Assembly (NCBI GenBank): GCA_032718475.1
Contig: JAUCBJ010002711.1
Span: 1 to 64,000, forward strand
Length of the DNA: 64,000 nucleotides
Origin: Nemertoderma westbladi
Taxonomy: Eukaryota; Animalia; Xenacoelomorpha
Direction: 5' to 3'
Positions 10,598 through 25,631 of the stretch are shown piece by piece. The notes under the pieces are model-generated. The model saw nothing but the letters and a program-made list of their open reading frames with translations, was not told the origin of the DNA and ran no database searches. The stretch's first letter is position 1. The number at the start of each line of letters is the position of its first letter. The position numbers and the translations under genes are program-made.

Positions 10598-12990
10598 GTC
10601 TGCCACCGCTTACGTGGAAGATCTGATTCCACAATAAGAACCATGTCTCCGGCGCTGATGTTTTCTTGCTGCGCAAACCACTTGGTTCAAAGTTGTAGCG
10701 TAGGCAGATAATGTTTTTCGAAATGGTCAGCGAAACGACGGGAAAATAACTGCATAAGTTGCCAAGTTTGTCGGCAGTATTTGTCTCCGTCCGTGATTTC
10801 CGATCGTGGGAGCATGCCTACAGGTTTCTTCAGTAGGAAATGCGCGGGTGTTAGCGCTTCTAGGGAGTCGGGACTCAATGAGACTGGCATAAGCAGTCTC
10901 TCGTTAAGATAGGCGGCGATTTCCTCCATTAACGTCCGCAAAAGTTAGTCGGTGAGATACGCGCGGCAAGGCACTATAAAGTGAAATGCGGTCTTCACGC
11001 TCCTTATTAATCTCTCCCAACTTCATCCCCACCAAGGGGTGTTGGCGGCGTAGAAGGTCCATCTAGATGCGGTTACTCTCAGCTGATTGTCCACCTGTCT
11101 TTGATTCCAATCTTTAACGTAAGCCTTGATTTCATTATTGGCGCCAATGAAGTTCGTTCCCTTATCAGATCTCATCGTGTTGCTAGTTCCAAAGCGAGCG
11201 ATCTGTCAGCGTAAACTCAGTATGAAGCTGTTGGTAGATAGATCGTTCACCATATCTAGATGGATCGCTCTACAACTCATACAGACAAAGATGACACACC
11301 ATTGCTTGACTATAGTCCTAGCACGATATACTTCAATAGGGCCAAATAATTCCACACCGGTATTAGTAAAGGGTAGTTCATAGAAGCTTACTCGTTCCCT
11401 AGGTAATTCTGCCTCTCGCTGTGTTAAAGGCCTACTGAATGCTTTCCTACAGGGTATACAGTTCCTAAGAACTTGGTTCAGAGCTCTACGGGGTTTATGA
11501 AAATAATAGCGAGTTCGAATTTCGCTAAGAACTCGTTTTCTACCAGCATGGTAAAGCTTACTGTGAACATCTACAATCATCTTGATTTGTATTTCAAGAT
11601 TTCTAATGAGTATAGGAAACTTAGTGTCAAAGGATAATGGAGCATTAGTTAGTCTCCCTCCAACACGTATTAACCCATCTATCATTGTGCTAGAGAAACG
11701 ATCCCTTAAGCGCATCTGTGGATTTCTCAACAACAGGAAATACTTATCGGAATCCTCATAGCATTGCAGGAGTCTCAGTATCTGCTTACTGGTTTCTTCA
11801 TGCTCCTGGTAACTGATCTTCTCTGTCAGAAACCGCTCCGATACCTTGTATTTGGGAAGATCTTTAATGGCATGGACCTACGCAGATGTCAGTGGAGCGG
11901 CATCACTAGTGATCTTAGTCCTGGAGTAGTGATGATGGAAGCATCGCTTTAAATATACAACGGCCTTGCAAAGCCAATTCCAGGAGCTATAGTGATTGAT
12001 CGCTCTCTGCAGAAGAGGTGAGAGTCCCTGCGAGACGTTTGGTGTTCCAGATTTCCAGTCGCTCTCTCTAATCTCCACAACCAATTTATTTGTGGCGGGA
12101 GAGTCTCGATCCACAGCGTCATCCCCGGAGATGTGTAGTACAGACAGATCTATCGCGGGTTTAAATAACTTTGATTTACTCGCCCGGATTTTAGGTTTGA
12201 CTTTCTCCGCTCCCTTGGCTTGTCTAATCTCAGCCGTGGTAAGATGAGGAGGCCATTCATCTTCTTCTTTACTTAGGAAGTCGGGTTCACCTAACCAGTC
12301 TGGAGTATCTATCAGTTCTTGAGGAGTTGCTCCTCTGGAGGCAATGTCGGCTGGATTAATCATCCCAGGGCAATGTCTCCATTGATCTACATTAGTGCGA
12401 CTAAGTATAATGGCTACTCTGTTGGTAACGAAGACGCTGAACTGACAGACTTCATTGGTTATATACTCCAACACGAGTAAAGCGTCGGTCCAATAAAAAG
12501 TTTTCTCCAGTGGATAGTCAATCTGTTCTGTTACATTCCGGCCGATGGCTGTAGCGTATAGAGTCGATTTTAACTCCGCTCGAGGAACTCGTAGTTTGTT
12601 GTTTATCAAGGCCTTAGAGGTAACCAAGGCAACTTTGATTCCATCCGGAGTTTCAACCCTCAGGTAGGCTACTATACCTATTCCCATATCGCTGGCATCT
12701 CCAAACACATGGAGTTGATAGGAATACGTGGGGAGAACGTGACCAAAATATGAACGGGAAATTGTAATGTTCTCGATGGATGGTAGAGAATCTTCCCATT
12801 TCATCCACTTCTTTAGTAGTTCTCCCTTAAGTGGATCGTCCCACGAGTGGTTTTCAAGCCACATTTGTTGCACTAATCTCCGAGCAACCAATATAACTGG
12901 GCTAATAAATCCCAATGGATCGAAATAAGTGCTCAGGATACTTAGACAAATCCTTTTAGTTCGAACTGGATTATCTAATGCTATTTCATA
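10598..12990 (-). pseudogene. Degenerate family-B pol 3' half (end of RT, RNase H, integrase)
   Basis: Fragments FDPLGFISP, FGDAS, WTDA, NPADIASRG, HAG...CIPC, GVELFGP, LTPAHFLL and YLPTLQ, interrupted by stops and frameshifts. Confidence 0.9.
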
Positions 12991-15706
12991 GATACTACAT
13001 GAGTCAATTGCTGTTCTCTTTATGTATGGTCAAATTCAGTGACTGTCGGCAGATCAGTGTGCAGTATTGTGCGATACCGGTAGTGTGCATGATTGTGACT
13101 GATAACTAAGCATCTCCTAAAGAATGCGCCTTATACGTGAATCATAAGCCATACCGTTGTGTTTAGTATAAGTCATAGCTCTGTTTACATATTTAGAGCG
13201 CCACGTCCTAAAGGAACTGTTAATATTTCCCGAAAGTAAATAATATTTGTCAGAGATTATATATTAACGATCAATCGAATAATACAGTAGGCTTACACCG
13301 CAATAAGGTCTAAGCATCCGAATCCAGTCTCCCGGGTATATCCAGCGGGTGAATGATCGCGCATTGGCTGGCTTCGGCTAATGTAGTGCATCAAATAATT
13401 GTCATAGGCTAAAGTCGATTTACAAACTAAAAGACATATAAATTAGCGGGTTAAACCGCTAAAGGTCTAAAAGCGCGAACAATAACAGTTATTGCTTTCT
13501 TTATTGCAGTAAGCAATAAAGCTGAAGTACCGGTCGACCGGTAACCTGTAGGCCCAACTGCTCGAACTGGTACTGCTGTAGGCCTGTAGGCCCAACTGCC
13601 TGAACCGGTACTGCTGTAGGCCTGTAGGCCCAACTGCCCTAATTATTCAATTTTGATTATTATATACCGGTAGGTCTTGGTAATTAATCAGGGACTGCAG
13701 CCCTGGTTTTTTATTGAGATTTTACTTATTTCTGTCGGTTTTATTTACATGTAAGTTAATATTGAGCAGAAGATGTGTGAGTCTGCTCAGATTGTTCAGA
13801 TAATTGTAGGCTGGACTGTTGTCTGACTGTTGTTAGGTCTGGAGAGATTGCGGCGTGTGTAGAGTCTGTCCGATAAAGTGCCAGTTAGGAAAGTAGGGGC
13901 ATCTTGAGTTGTAAGGTAAACCCCCTCTGAAAGAATAAGTCGTCCTACTCGGTTAGAACGCATACTAACTAACCATTTCGGAATCTGCATATACTGTAGT
14001 TTATTTAGGCTTGATAGTAGTCTGCCAGCGTTTAGTCTGTATTTGTTTGTGTAGTCTGTTCAGGTACCGTAATATTATTCAGATAATTTTTTTTAGGCTG
14101 GATTGTTGTCTGGCTGTTGTTAGGTCTGAAGAGATTGCTGTGTGTGTAGAGTCTGTCCGATAAAGTACCAGTTAGGAACGTAGGGGCATCTTGAGTTGTA
14201 AGGTAAACCCCCTCCGAAAGAATAAGTCGTCCTACTCGGTTAGAACGCTTACTAACTAACCATTTTGGAATCTGCACATACTGTAGTTTATTTAGGCTTG
14301 ATAGTAGTCTGCCAGCATTTAGTCTGTATTTTGTTTGAGTATTCTGTACGGGTAGCGTAAGATTTATTATTCAGAGTTTATGCGATTATTCGCAACATTC
14401 ATATCCCCAAGTTTATTCCTACAGTAATTGTGCTTGTTATACATACCGTTATAGTTAAATTAACCCCGGTACTACACGGGCTGCTTGGCGTAGGTAAAGA
14501 CTGGTGATTTTGTGCTCCGGTCACTCCAGCAGATACCGTGGTTCTTTTGGCTGTTCAAGTATATTTAACTGCTGGTTATCTGTTATACAAGTACTTGTAC
14601 CTAATTTAGGGTTTAGTGTACAGTCCTTTCCAAGAGTAATTAGTGTGTAGGCGGTATATTTGTGTTGTAAAGTGGTTAATAGGCACGTTGGTTCTGGTAG
14701 ACCGCGGTAATTAACTTCTAGGTAGGAACACTCCGTGAAACATAACGTAGTACTTATAGCAATACGGCTATAAGTCGTCAGGCGGTGGTATTTTTCCTAT
14801 CTGGACAACGTAGTATATTTACTACTGCTTTATTATTCTCAAATACCGTAGTATCCTATCTGTTGTAATAACCAGATATTCTAACCCTTTGTTAGGCTGG
14901 TTAGTAGTTCCCTGTCAAATTACCCTAAAAATTCGTACGTGTAATTGTTGTGTTTATTTAGAGATTGTAATCTCACCCTATATTGTACGTATTCGTAGAT
15001 AAGTAACTTAGGCCAGTAGAATTATTTGTTTTAGTGTCCAACAAGTAGCACCGCACTAAGAGCGTATAGCTTATGTGCAGTGACTCCTTCTCAGAAATAA
15101 TAACATTTATTTCAAATATTGTAACAAAACCCCTTAAACGGGTATATATATATATATTATAAATCAACTCCAATAGATTTATAAACTAAGTAGGCCTGTC
15201 ATACAACAATTAGGTCTTAACATCAGTTGGACTACTGCTTGAATAACGGTAATAGAGTAAATTAAAGTAACTAAGTAACCCTGAAATTTCAGAAATTAAA
15301 TTATTCTAAAATAATTGACATACCGGTATCTATAATAGGCTTATTATATATTTGTATATATTTGCGCTGAAATTATATACCGGTATTCTGTGAAAAACCT
15401 AGTCTGCAATAATACTTATATACCGTATACTATAAGTGTATACCGGTATTCTAATATATTGTAATTAATTACCGGTACTAGGCTAACAGTCATACTGAAT
15501 TACTAGACTTGCTTTAACTGTAACTATAGCAGTAGGCATTCAACTGTATAAACAAATATGTCTGACACAAAGCAAAACCTGTCAGACAGTCTAATTGATA
15601 CAACCATCTGTGACCCAGATAGGAGTGTGGAACGTTTAAGACCGAAGTTCAGCTCACCTCCTACTGTAAGAAAAGTCATCCCTCCAGTAGTAGTATCAGA
15701 CCCTAG
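12991..15706 (+). mobile_element. Family-B element B0: truncated 5' LTR (ends 13481), about 2 kb leader and start of gag (ATG 15558)
   Basis: Diverged homology to the B LTR 3' part ending AAGCGCGAACA and to the leader 16935-19196. Interrupted at 15706 by B1. Confidence 0.82.
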
Positions 15707-16934
15707 TGTAAAAGCTTTTGCGTAATTAGCCGGTTATTATCCCCGTAAAGTACTCTGTGGTTGGTTTACCAGGCATAAAAAGGCCGTGTCCTTGCTGTAC
15801 TCGTGTTTTGGAGGACATAAAAGCCATTTCTTCTGTATTTGTACTTTAGAGGACATAATCTGCAATTTCGTGACGTAAAAGCTCGATACTCTTGAAAACA
15901 GTGTCGCTACCATGACGACGGCTAACGGCTGATATTGCCACGTTGCACCATAGCCCTGCTTTCTGTATCTGCCAATAGGATTTGAGTTGGTTTTGATTTT
16001 GACCTATCACAGATCTACTGAACTGAATTTCCTATCTGTATGCTCATTCTCTGTGGTGGGTGGAAGCCTTTGTAAATAAGGTTATTCTTATCAGTTTTTC
16101 AGTGTTGTTGGTGATTCTAAGCCAGGAAGAACGGCTTTAGAGTATTTTGTGCTTTTCTGCTTTAGCCTTACACTAGTAGGCTTAATTATAAGGACATATA
16201 TCCGTTATCTGATTGTCTTAACTCAAAACAAACTGGTTAATTGGCCCATACTGTGCAACTTAACTTAACATTACTGCTTTGCTGTCGGTTATTCATTATA
16301 TTTGTGGATGAATTATTATATTTGGAATAACGAGAAATAACCCCGAAACCCAATATTCTTGATATACCGAAGGTAAGAGAGAGAGGTTACAGATAAACGA
16401 TTGTGACTTATGTTAAAGTGGTTTGAAGTGAATCTAATGTTATTTGATAGACCCTACATGATTCGGTCCGTGTTCCTTTTATATGTGACTAAAATCAGTG
16501 AAGATCGGCAGATCAGTGTGCAGTATTGTGCGGCATTGTGTATGAGTGAGACTGATAACGAAGCATTCCTAAAGAATGCGCCATATATGTGAATTGTAAC
16601 TAAGCCATATCGTTGTGAGTAGTTTAAGTCATAACTCTGTTTATATAGATAGAGCGCCACGTCCTAAAGGAACTGTTAATATTCCCCGAAGGTGAATAAT
16701 ATTGTCAGAGATTATATAATACTGTCAGTCGAATAATACATTAGGCTTACATAGCAATAAGATTAAGCTGTCGAAATCAATCTCCCGGGTATATCCAACG
16801 GGTGAATGATCGCGCACAGATTGGTTTCAACTAGTGTAGTGAATCAAATACTTGTTAGAGGCTAAAGCGATTTATTATCTAGAAGACATCCCAATTTGGC
16901 GGGTTAAACTGCCAAAGGTCTGAAAGCGCGAACA
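15707..16934 (+). repeat. 5' LTR of B1 (1228 bp)
   Basis: TGTAAAAGC...GCGCGAACA, near-identical to 57663-58891. Confidence 0.95.
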
Positions 16935-16974
16935 ATAATGGATATTGCTTCTTTATTGCAGTAAGCAATAAAGT

Positions 16975-17130
16975 TGAAAGTACCGGTCTACCGGTAAACC
17001 TGAACGGTACTTCAGTAGGTCAGTAGGCCCAACCGCCAGAACCGGTACTGCCGTAGGTCCGTAGGTCCAACTGCCAGAACCGGTACTTCTGTAGGTCCGT
17101 AGGCCCAACTGTCCTAACCGGTACTTCCAG
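16975..17130 (+). repeat. Short tandem repeats (about 33 bp; GTAGGCCCAACTGCCAGAACCGGTACT) in the family-B leader
   Basis: 3-4 copies visible. Also present at about 13530-13640 and 32480-32630. Confidence 0.85.
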
Positions 17131-17294
17131 TATAAGTACATTAGTATTATTCGATTGTGATATATTGTATATTGTAGGCTGCTAAGGGATTAGGGATTGA
17201 TCACCCCTTATTCCTTTGTATGGTTTACTTATTTCTGCAAGTTTTATTTATTTGTAGGCCAGTATTGAGCAGAAGGCGTGTAAGCCTGCTCAGA

Positions 17295-17885
17295 TTGTAC
17301 AGATAATTTGTAGGCTTGACTGTTGGCTGACTGTTGATTAGGTCTGAACGGATTGCAGTGCATGTAGAGTGTATGTCCGATAAAGAACGGTTAGGAAGTA
17401 GGGGCAGCCATCGCGGTAAGGTAAACCCCCATCTAAAGAATAAGTCGTACTACTGGGTTAGAACGCATACTACTTAACCATTTTGGAGTCTGCATGTCCT
17501 TTAGTTTATTTAGGCTTGAGAGTAGTCTGCCATCGTTTAGTCTGTACTTTGTTTGTGTAAGTCTGTACGGGTAGCGTATAATATTTATTTAGATAATTTG
17601 TAGGCTGGATAGTTGTCTGGCTGTTATTGGGTCTGAACGGATTGCAGTGTGTGTAGAGCATCTGTCCGATAAAGAACGGTTAGGAAGTAGGGGCAGCCAA
17701 TGCTGTAAGGTAAACCCCCGTCTAAAGAATAAGTCGTACTACTGGGTTAGAACGCATACTACTTAATCATTTCGGAGTCTGCATATACCGTAGTTTGTTT
17801 AGGCTTGATAGTAGTCTGTCAGTATTTGGTCTGCATTTTGTTTGAGTGGTTTGTACGCGTAGCGTAATATTTATTATTCAGAGTT
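17295..17885 (+). repeat. Tandem duplication of about 290 bp in the family-B leader
   Basis: Two copies beginning CAGATAATTTGTAGGCT/TAGATAATTTGTAGGCT. The equivalent duplication is seen in B0 (about 13800-14370) and in C. Confidence 0.85.
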
Positions 17886-19196
17886 TATGCTATTATTCGC
17901 AACATTCATTCCCCAAGTTTGTTCCTACAGTAATTGTGTTTGTTATACATACCGTTATAGTTAAACTAACCCCGGTACTACACGGGCTGCTTGGCGTAGG
18001 TAAAGACTGGTGATTTTGTGCACCGGTCACTCCAGCAGATGCCGTGGTTCTTTTAGCTGTTCAAGTATTTTTAACTACTGATTATCTGTTGTACAAGTAC
18101 TCGTACCTAATTTAGGGTTTAGTGTACAGTGCTTTCCGAAAGTAATTGGTGTAGGCATTATATTTGTGTTGTAAAGTGGTTGATAGGCACGTTCGATTAG
18201 CTCTATTAGCTTCTAGGTAGGAACACTCCGTGATACATAACGTAGAACCTATAGCGATACGGCTATAGGTCGTCAGGCGGTGGTATTTTCCTATCTGGAC
18301 AACGCAGTGTATTTACTACCACTTATTATTTCAAATACCGTAGTACCCTGTCCGTTGTAATAACCAGATTTCTAACCCTTTGTTAGGCTGGTTTGTAGAC
18401 TTCTTGTAAAATTACCTTAAAAATTCGTATTTTGTGTTTTTTTTGTAAATTTTTGTGTTTATTTAGAGATTGTAATCTCAACCCGAATCGTACGTAATTT
18501 GTAGTATTAAGTAACTTAGGTAAATTAGAATTATTTGTTTTAGTGTCCTATAAGTAACACTTCACTGAAAGCGCACCGCTTTGTGTAGTGATTACTCCCC
18601 AGAAATAATAACATTTATTTCAACATTGACAAAACCCATTAAACGGGTATATATATATTATAAATCAACTCAAACGATTTATAAATAGTAGGCCTGCCAT
18701 ACAACAATTAGGTCTCAATATCAGTTGGACTACTGCTTAAATAACGGTAATAAAGTAAGTTAAAGTAACCAAGTAACCCTTAAAATTCAGAAATTCAATT
18801 ATTTAAAATAATTGACATACCGGTATTTAAAATAGGCTTATTATATTTATTTCTATAAATTTTAGGTTGAAATCATACCGGTATTCTGTAATTAATTTTA
18901 GTTAATAATTATACTTATATATACTACAAACTGTAAGCTGTATACCAGTATTCCCGATAGGCCTATTATATATTTATATATATTTGTGCTAAAATTATAC
19001 CGGTATTCTGTGATAAACCTAGTCTGTAATAATACTTATATATACTATAAGCATACCGGTATACTAATATTATATATATATCACGCTACCCTGAGTAGCA
19101 GTATCGGTAATTAATTACTAGGCTAACAGTGATACTGAATTACTAGACTTGCTTTAACTGTAATATAGCAGTAGGCATTCAACTGTACCATCAAAC

Positions 19197-22100
19197 ATGT
19201 CTGACACAACCCAATCACTGTCGGATAGTCTCCTAGAAAGTGCTAGAATGAGTGTTAGACAGGGTCTTAAAAAGATCTGGGACTCAGCTAAGAGTATAGA
19301 GCGTCTAAGACCAAAGTCCAAGTCCCCTCCTACTGTAAGCAAGGTCATCCCTACAGTAGTAATAACAGAACCGAGGCTGGTCCAACATCGTAGGTCTATC
19401 ATAGGCACTCGAGCTCAAGTCAAGCGGGATCAGGAAGCAGCTGTCAAACAGCAGCAACATCCTAGCCAAGAACCTAGTTTTCAGCCGTCCGATTGCTCCA
19501 GTAGTTCGGATACTGATGAGCGGACGCCCGAACGCGGAGCGAAGATGGCGGATAAGGTTTATGATGAGCAGCCAACCTATGAAGAATCAACCGACGCCAC
19601 TTTTTCTCAAGAAGAAAGCGAAGGGACAGCGGAGGGGCCGCATTAGAGGGATGCTATTGACATCTATCTGTCAGACTATCAACGCTTTGTAGGAGATGAA
19701 GAGTTGAGGAGAAGGTTGGAGGGGCTTAGCCCTAATAGTGAAGGAACCAAGCTTGTGTTGGACGCAATCGATGCGGAAATGTTAGCTGCGAAAAGAAGAA
19801 CAAGTCAAGAAAAAACGTATAGAAGATAGAAAGACAACAGCAGCGGCAGTGGCAGCGGCAGAAGCGGAACGAAAAGCGGCAGAAGTGGATAGAAAAGCGG
19901 CAGAGGCGGCGGCAGAGGCAAAAGCGGCAGCGGCAGAGGCAAAAGCGGCAGCTGCAGCAGTAGAAGCCGAAAGAAAGGCGGCTGGAGCGGAAAGAAAAGT
20001 GGCAGCAGCAGAAGCGGAAAGAAAGGCGGCCGAAGCGGAAAGAAAAATAGCAGTGGCAGAAGCAGAACGGAGGGCATCTGAAGAGACAACCCAACTAGAG
20101 TTGGAAAATCTTCAAGAGAGACAAGACAATTTTAATAAACAGTTAACAGCTAGTAATATGCAGATGATGAATCGATCTACTCCCAAACGACAAGGTTATA
20201 CATCATCTGAGGAAGGCGATACCACCGACACTGAAGGCGGAGGAAATCGATCTCACCTAAGCAGACGCAAAAGAACATCCCACCGTCAAAAATTGCCTGA
20301 TTTGCCTCCAGCTGTTAGAAGGCAACTAAATAACACCAACTTAGGTAGTACAGAACCCACAGACCAAATAATTACAATAGAGAGACTCCCTACTATAGTA
20401 GATGAGCCCGAAATAGTTAGGTCTGTTCCCGAAGCCACCCTTTCGGTCGTAGAGACACCTGTACTCACCGAACCTACCTCTCAATTCCCGTTGCACAGCA
20501 CTAAGCTACCTGTGCCCAGCAGAACAGCCCATGAGACAGTTCATGCTCTGGACTCCGAGCGAAATATTCATGGTTTGTCGCCCGTTGTCCCTCGTCCGCC
20601 CGCTACAACGTTGGCGGATCCCGTTTCGGCGGTTGATTGGGTAGACGAGAGACGGCGGGGGATGGACATTCTCCTCGGAAAGATGGAGGAGAATCAAATA
20701 CGCTCCTCCCAACAGGTCCGAGAGTTAGAAGGGACTGTTCAACAGTTAAAGGGAACCGTAAAGGAAAGTAGGTTAGAGTTGCAGCAAGTGCAGCAAAATA
20801 TCGCGCTAGAACGCGATAAATTAGTAAATTTACAAAAGGGTATACCACCACCCCTTGTAACAATGTGTCAACCTGTTAGGTCTGAAGTATCTCATGCGCA
20901 AGGTGTGGAGCCTACACGCATATATACTGCTAGCGAAGTAGAAACTCCTATAGTAAACCCTATTAAGGGTGATTATAAACCTGTTGATAATAATATTCCA
21001 TATAGACCTGATAATAATCCGAGAAATTTATATACCGATAATTCGATATTCAATAATACGATGGCTCAAGAAAGTTTTACACGCCAAATGGCTAGAACCG
21101 AAGCCCGACAAGCGGTAAAGGTTGGAGAGATCGTCAAGTTCAATGGAGATGAGGTGAAATGGTTACCTTTTAATGAATATTACAAGGATAACATACGGGA
21201 CTCTGTGCTATCCAACGGAGAGAAACTTAGATTCCTCATCGAATGTTTGGAAGGACCTCCCAAGTCAATGGCGTTAAAATTTATTGGACATCCAGATGGA
21301 TTAAGACAAGTTTGGGATACACTAAACATCAGGTATGGTAATAGGACTAACATAGCTAGGTATTTATATGCGAAATTAATGGCGCCCCGAAAGTTTCTTA
21401 GCAGCGGGATTATAGAGTTTTCCGATGAGATTCAAGAGATCTGTAGACAACTAGATTGGTTAGGTAAGTCTCATGAATACCAGAATTCTATGGTTGTAGG
21501 AGCCTTAGCATCTACTTTGCCCAAGGGTGGAGTAGGTACACGCTGGGACAAGAAAGTGTTATATATGATGGAACAACAACAACGAGACCCTACCATGGCT
21601 GATCTCATGTCATTCTTGGATAGCGAGGTGAAATTACAGCTCATAAAGCAGTCCAGAGAGAAGACAGCGGAAAGTAAGGTAAGTGAGAAACCCGTTTCTA
21701 GGAGAAGGGTAACACCAGTATGTTATACCGACGACGGTGAAAGCCAAACCTCTCAAGGAGAGGACTGCGGGAAAGACACTGACAGGTCTTATTATGTCAA
21801 TAAAATGCCTAAAGATCAGGTAAGTAAATCCAAGTCTCGACCCAATGACAGAAGGGAACCGGTACAAAAAACCCCTCCTACGTCTCCTAAAAGAATTCAG
21901 GTGAGAAAGCCCGAGGAAAGAACAAGTGTGCACCACATAGCACAGGTTAAAGTAAGTAACATCAAGCCGAAATGTGTGCTGTGCGACGGGCCCCACCGTT
22001 TAAATGTGTGTGATAAATTCCTGAGGAAATCACTAAAGGATAGACGTGAAGTCATGTGGGATAAGCGGTTGTGTTATAATTGCCTCAGACGAGGACACCA

Positions 22101-23712
22101 ACGGCGAACCTGTTACTCCGACGCAAGGTGTGCAAAGTGCGGCGCAAAACATAATATCTTGTTGCACACGGAATTCGAACGAAACAGCCCGAGTCAGGTA
22201 AGTGAGTCCGAACTACATGTCCAATTCAGTGATGTGAACGACACTGATCAATCTGAGATGGAAGGATTCTATACGGACGAGTTCTCCGACGAAAACGAAT
22301 CCTGTTACTTAATAAACACCACCGCAGTGTATCGAGCACTCATGTATGAGAAAGACACAGACAGCGACCTCACCCTAACTACTTCAGATCAACAACCATC
22401 TTGGAAAGCGCCAACTTCCAATATAGGAATCCGAGAATTTCCTGTAGTCCAGTTACGGGTCCACGGACCTCAGAAGAGCTATATAGTGAACGCCCTCCTG
22501 GACTCCGGTAGCACAGGAACATTCATCGATAAAGAACTAGCCGAAGTCATCTTTGCTGGACAACCCAAGTTCCGAACCAAGCTAAACATGTCAGGGATCA
22601 TGCAGGTTTGGAATTCTACTGTAGCTGCCGATTATTATATAGGTGAGTTGTCCACTCCACAGGATAAACTAGGAGAATACAGTATAAGGTCAGTCAAAAT
22701 GGTGGCAATAAAGAACTTCGCTACCACCCAAGTGGAACCTTATAATTGGGACGAAGATGATCATGCCCAACAACTTAACATCCCTAGATTCGACACCGAT
22801 TATCCTGGAGTACAAATATTAATCGGTCAAAACGCGCATGAGGCGCTGGAGACATTGGAGAAACGACCTGCTCAACCGCAACCACTTCAGACCTATGCGG
22901 TAAGAACTAGAGTAGGTTGGTACCTTACTGGACCTTCCCGAAGAACGCTCAGGGAAAGACTGCTTCAAGATCGCGTCTGCCAGGTGAGTGAATGGGAAGA
23001 CGATACTAGTGAGGGAGACGACCCAACTGAGGGAACACCACACTCCTCAGATAATGACAATCTTAACTCCAATGTAGATCAACGGAGATATTGCCCCAAG
23101 ACGATGAATATAGCCGACATCGCTTCCGGAGGAGCAACTCCTCAAGAACTGACAGATACTCCAGACCGGCTAGGTGAACCCGACTTCCTGAATAAGGAGG
23201 ATGAATGGCCTCCCCATCTTATTCCGACTGAGATTAGACCAGCCAAGGGAGCGGAGAAAGTCAAACCTAAAACCCGGACGGGTGGATCGGAGTTATTTGA
23301 ACCCGGGATAGATCTGTCGGTATTACATATTGCCAGGGACGACGCCGTGGATCTGGACCTCCCCACCGCGAGTGGATCCTTCATGAAGATCAGAGGGAGC
23401 GATTGGAGCTCTAGAACATCAGACGTCTCGCAGGGACTCTTACCTCTCCTGCAGGGAGCGACGGACCACTATAGCTCCTGGAATCGGCTTTGTAAGGCCG
23501 TCGTGTATCTAGAGCGATGTTTCTATCGTCACTATTCCAGGACGAAGAGGAAACCTGGAATTGTATTCGGGATGCAGCGACTCAATCACCCAGTCGGTCG
23601 TTTGTGTTTACCGGAAGGGAATGGAGGACTCTCCGGAAACTGTGGAAGGCAAGATTCTCTTCCCACGACCACCTCCCTTATCCTTCAAACATCTAGGGAC
23701 TCCATAACGTAA
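19197..23712 (+). pseudogene. Family-B Gag-protease fused in frame to an RNase H remnant; disrupted near the 5' end (ORFs 19197-19646 and 19849-23712)
   Basis: KFNGD, three BEL-type knuckles (CVLCDGPH..C, CYNCLRRGH..C, CAKCGAKH..H), LLDSGS, then ADIASGG matching 11878-12915. Stop at 19646. Confidence 0.88.
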
Positions 23713-25631
23713 CAACATATGGAGTGGGTGTGTGACTCTATTATTTTATATTATTTTATTATTTTTATATTTCTGTATGTATTACTATGTAATTTTATTA
23801 TAATCGTTTTCTTTAATTTTATTCAGTAGAATGTTATTTTAGCGATTATTTAGTAGATTAGTGCAATATATATTCGCGTTTATTACTTAATTACGTATAT
23901 ATTATATTTAATGCGACGGCAAGAAATAATTATTTTTCTCTTTCCTTACTGTCCGTATTATATTATAAATACGTAACTACAGTAAGATGAAATGTCCGTA
24001 CTTATTAAAGTACAATAAAGCCACTACTATATTCAAGTATTATTGGTAGGCAGAGTATTAGGAATGCAAAGTTCAGATCCTCGTGTCTCGGCTAAACCAA
24101 GCTCTGGGTAGACCTTGGAAACGACTTGCCTCTTCACACTGACATTGCTTCGTGCGATATTGCTCTCATACCGTATATTAAATAATACATATAGTAGCGT
24201 GATGTCCCTTTAACAGTAGCGTATAACGCAAAATAAATCTGTTAAACCCTTTGACCATCTGTAATTCTAGTCGATTAAGATATCGCGGCACCCACCGATA
24301 TCCTTGAAAGACAAATTCTAGAATCAGTGGTTAACGTCCCCAGACAAGTTCTGGAATAAATCGGTGCCCATCTCAAATATTAATTATTTAATATTTGCAA
24401 ATCTAATAAGTCAAAATCTGTAAAATTCAGATCCTTCAACAATTCTAGTCAATTAAGATATCGTAGCATTTACCGATATTCTTAAAAGGACAATTTTCAT
24501 AGAGTTAAGGATCTTGTGTCCCCAGACATGTTCTAGAATCAAAATATGTCAATTTAATTATCAAATAATAAAATTTCAGGGAATAAATTTAAATTCATGT
24601 CTTTTAATGAATTTAATAAATTGCCATTTTACGCAATTTATAACATTCCCAAAATTTCATTAATTAATAGATCAAGGGAGCGGATATATTATATAATTAT
24701 ATAATATATTATTATGCGTATGCGTGTACGAAAGTCTCCCAAACATAGTCAATAGCCGATAAAATTCATAAAGTCATGTATAAAACAGGACATTGACTAT
24801 TAAAGAATTACTATTAAATTCGAAATCGACTCGAAAGAAAAGACATTAAAGAAACAAATAAACGCGGTAATTCCAACATATATTTGGAATTCTTGATCAT
24901 TGTAACAACAAATAAATATCATCCGCGTTTCCCTTACAAGACGTGCGTCTTTGGTATTATTACGATAAATGCCCTAGACCCAGCCAATAAACGGAAAGAC
25001 ATAAACATCCACGGAAACGTTGTGTTAAACACAGTTGTGCTCATTATATTTACTGGAGTTTCGAGCGAAACTTGTTTGACGTATCACTTATGCTCACTCG
25101 GCTCGAACGATCCTGGAGTAAACCTACGATCAGAGTCCCGGAATACTCGGTCAAACCTCCTCATTCCTTAGTTGGACCTCAGACCTGTGATCCTGGTGGT
25201 GTCGCGGATCCTCGCGGACTGTATTCACTGTTCAAAGATCTAGTGCTACCCTAACAATTAATCGGTAACACTCCGACAGTGATTTCTAGCTAGCCGCCCA
25301 TCTTACCTAGCCGGATTGTGACGCGGACCCCTAATATCACTATCCAACCGTATGGTCGTTCCCGTTTAACGCGATACAACCCTTCATCAAGGTGAAGGAG
25401 AGCGTTGTACAAAACGAGTTAAACGCTATTCTATAAAGATCAAAAAAGAAATCTGCGTTTGTTCAGATAAACGTAAGTTGTGACAGTAAGTCCAATCGAT
25501 AAACGAATTGGCCTTATCTCAGTTCGATTGGGAAATCTCGAATCTCTAAGAAGATATCAAGCTTAGAAAACCCTATTCTCTGCGAGAGTTTTGGACGAAC
25601 GTATCCCATGACAAGCGGAGGAAAGCTCGAG

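Larger units (their letters stand above)
15707..25631 (+). mobile_element. Family-B non-autonomous element B1, 3'-truncated
   Basis: 5' LTR, leader, gag-protease, RNase H remnant and 3' region collinear with element C. Breaks off near 25631, before the 3' LTR. Confidence 0.87.

Noticed and set aside
16939-16956. TGG-initiated tRNA PBS in B1
   Set aside because: The TGG is CGG in C and CAG in B0, and the following bases do not resemble a tRNA 3' end that I recognise. A tRNA database check is still needed.
19512-19545. CTGATGA hammerhead core
   Set aside because: It lies in gag coding sequence and lacks the GAAA and closing stems.
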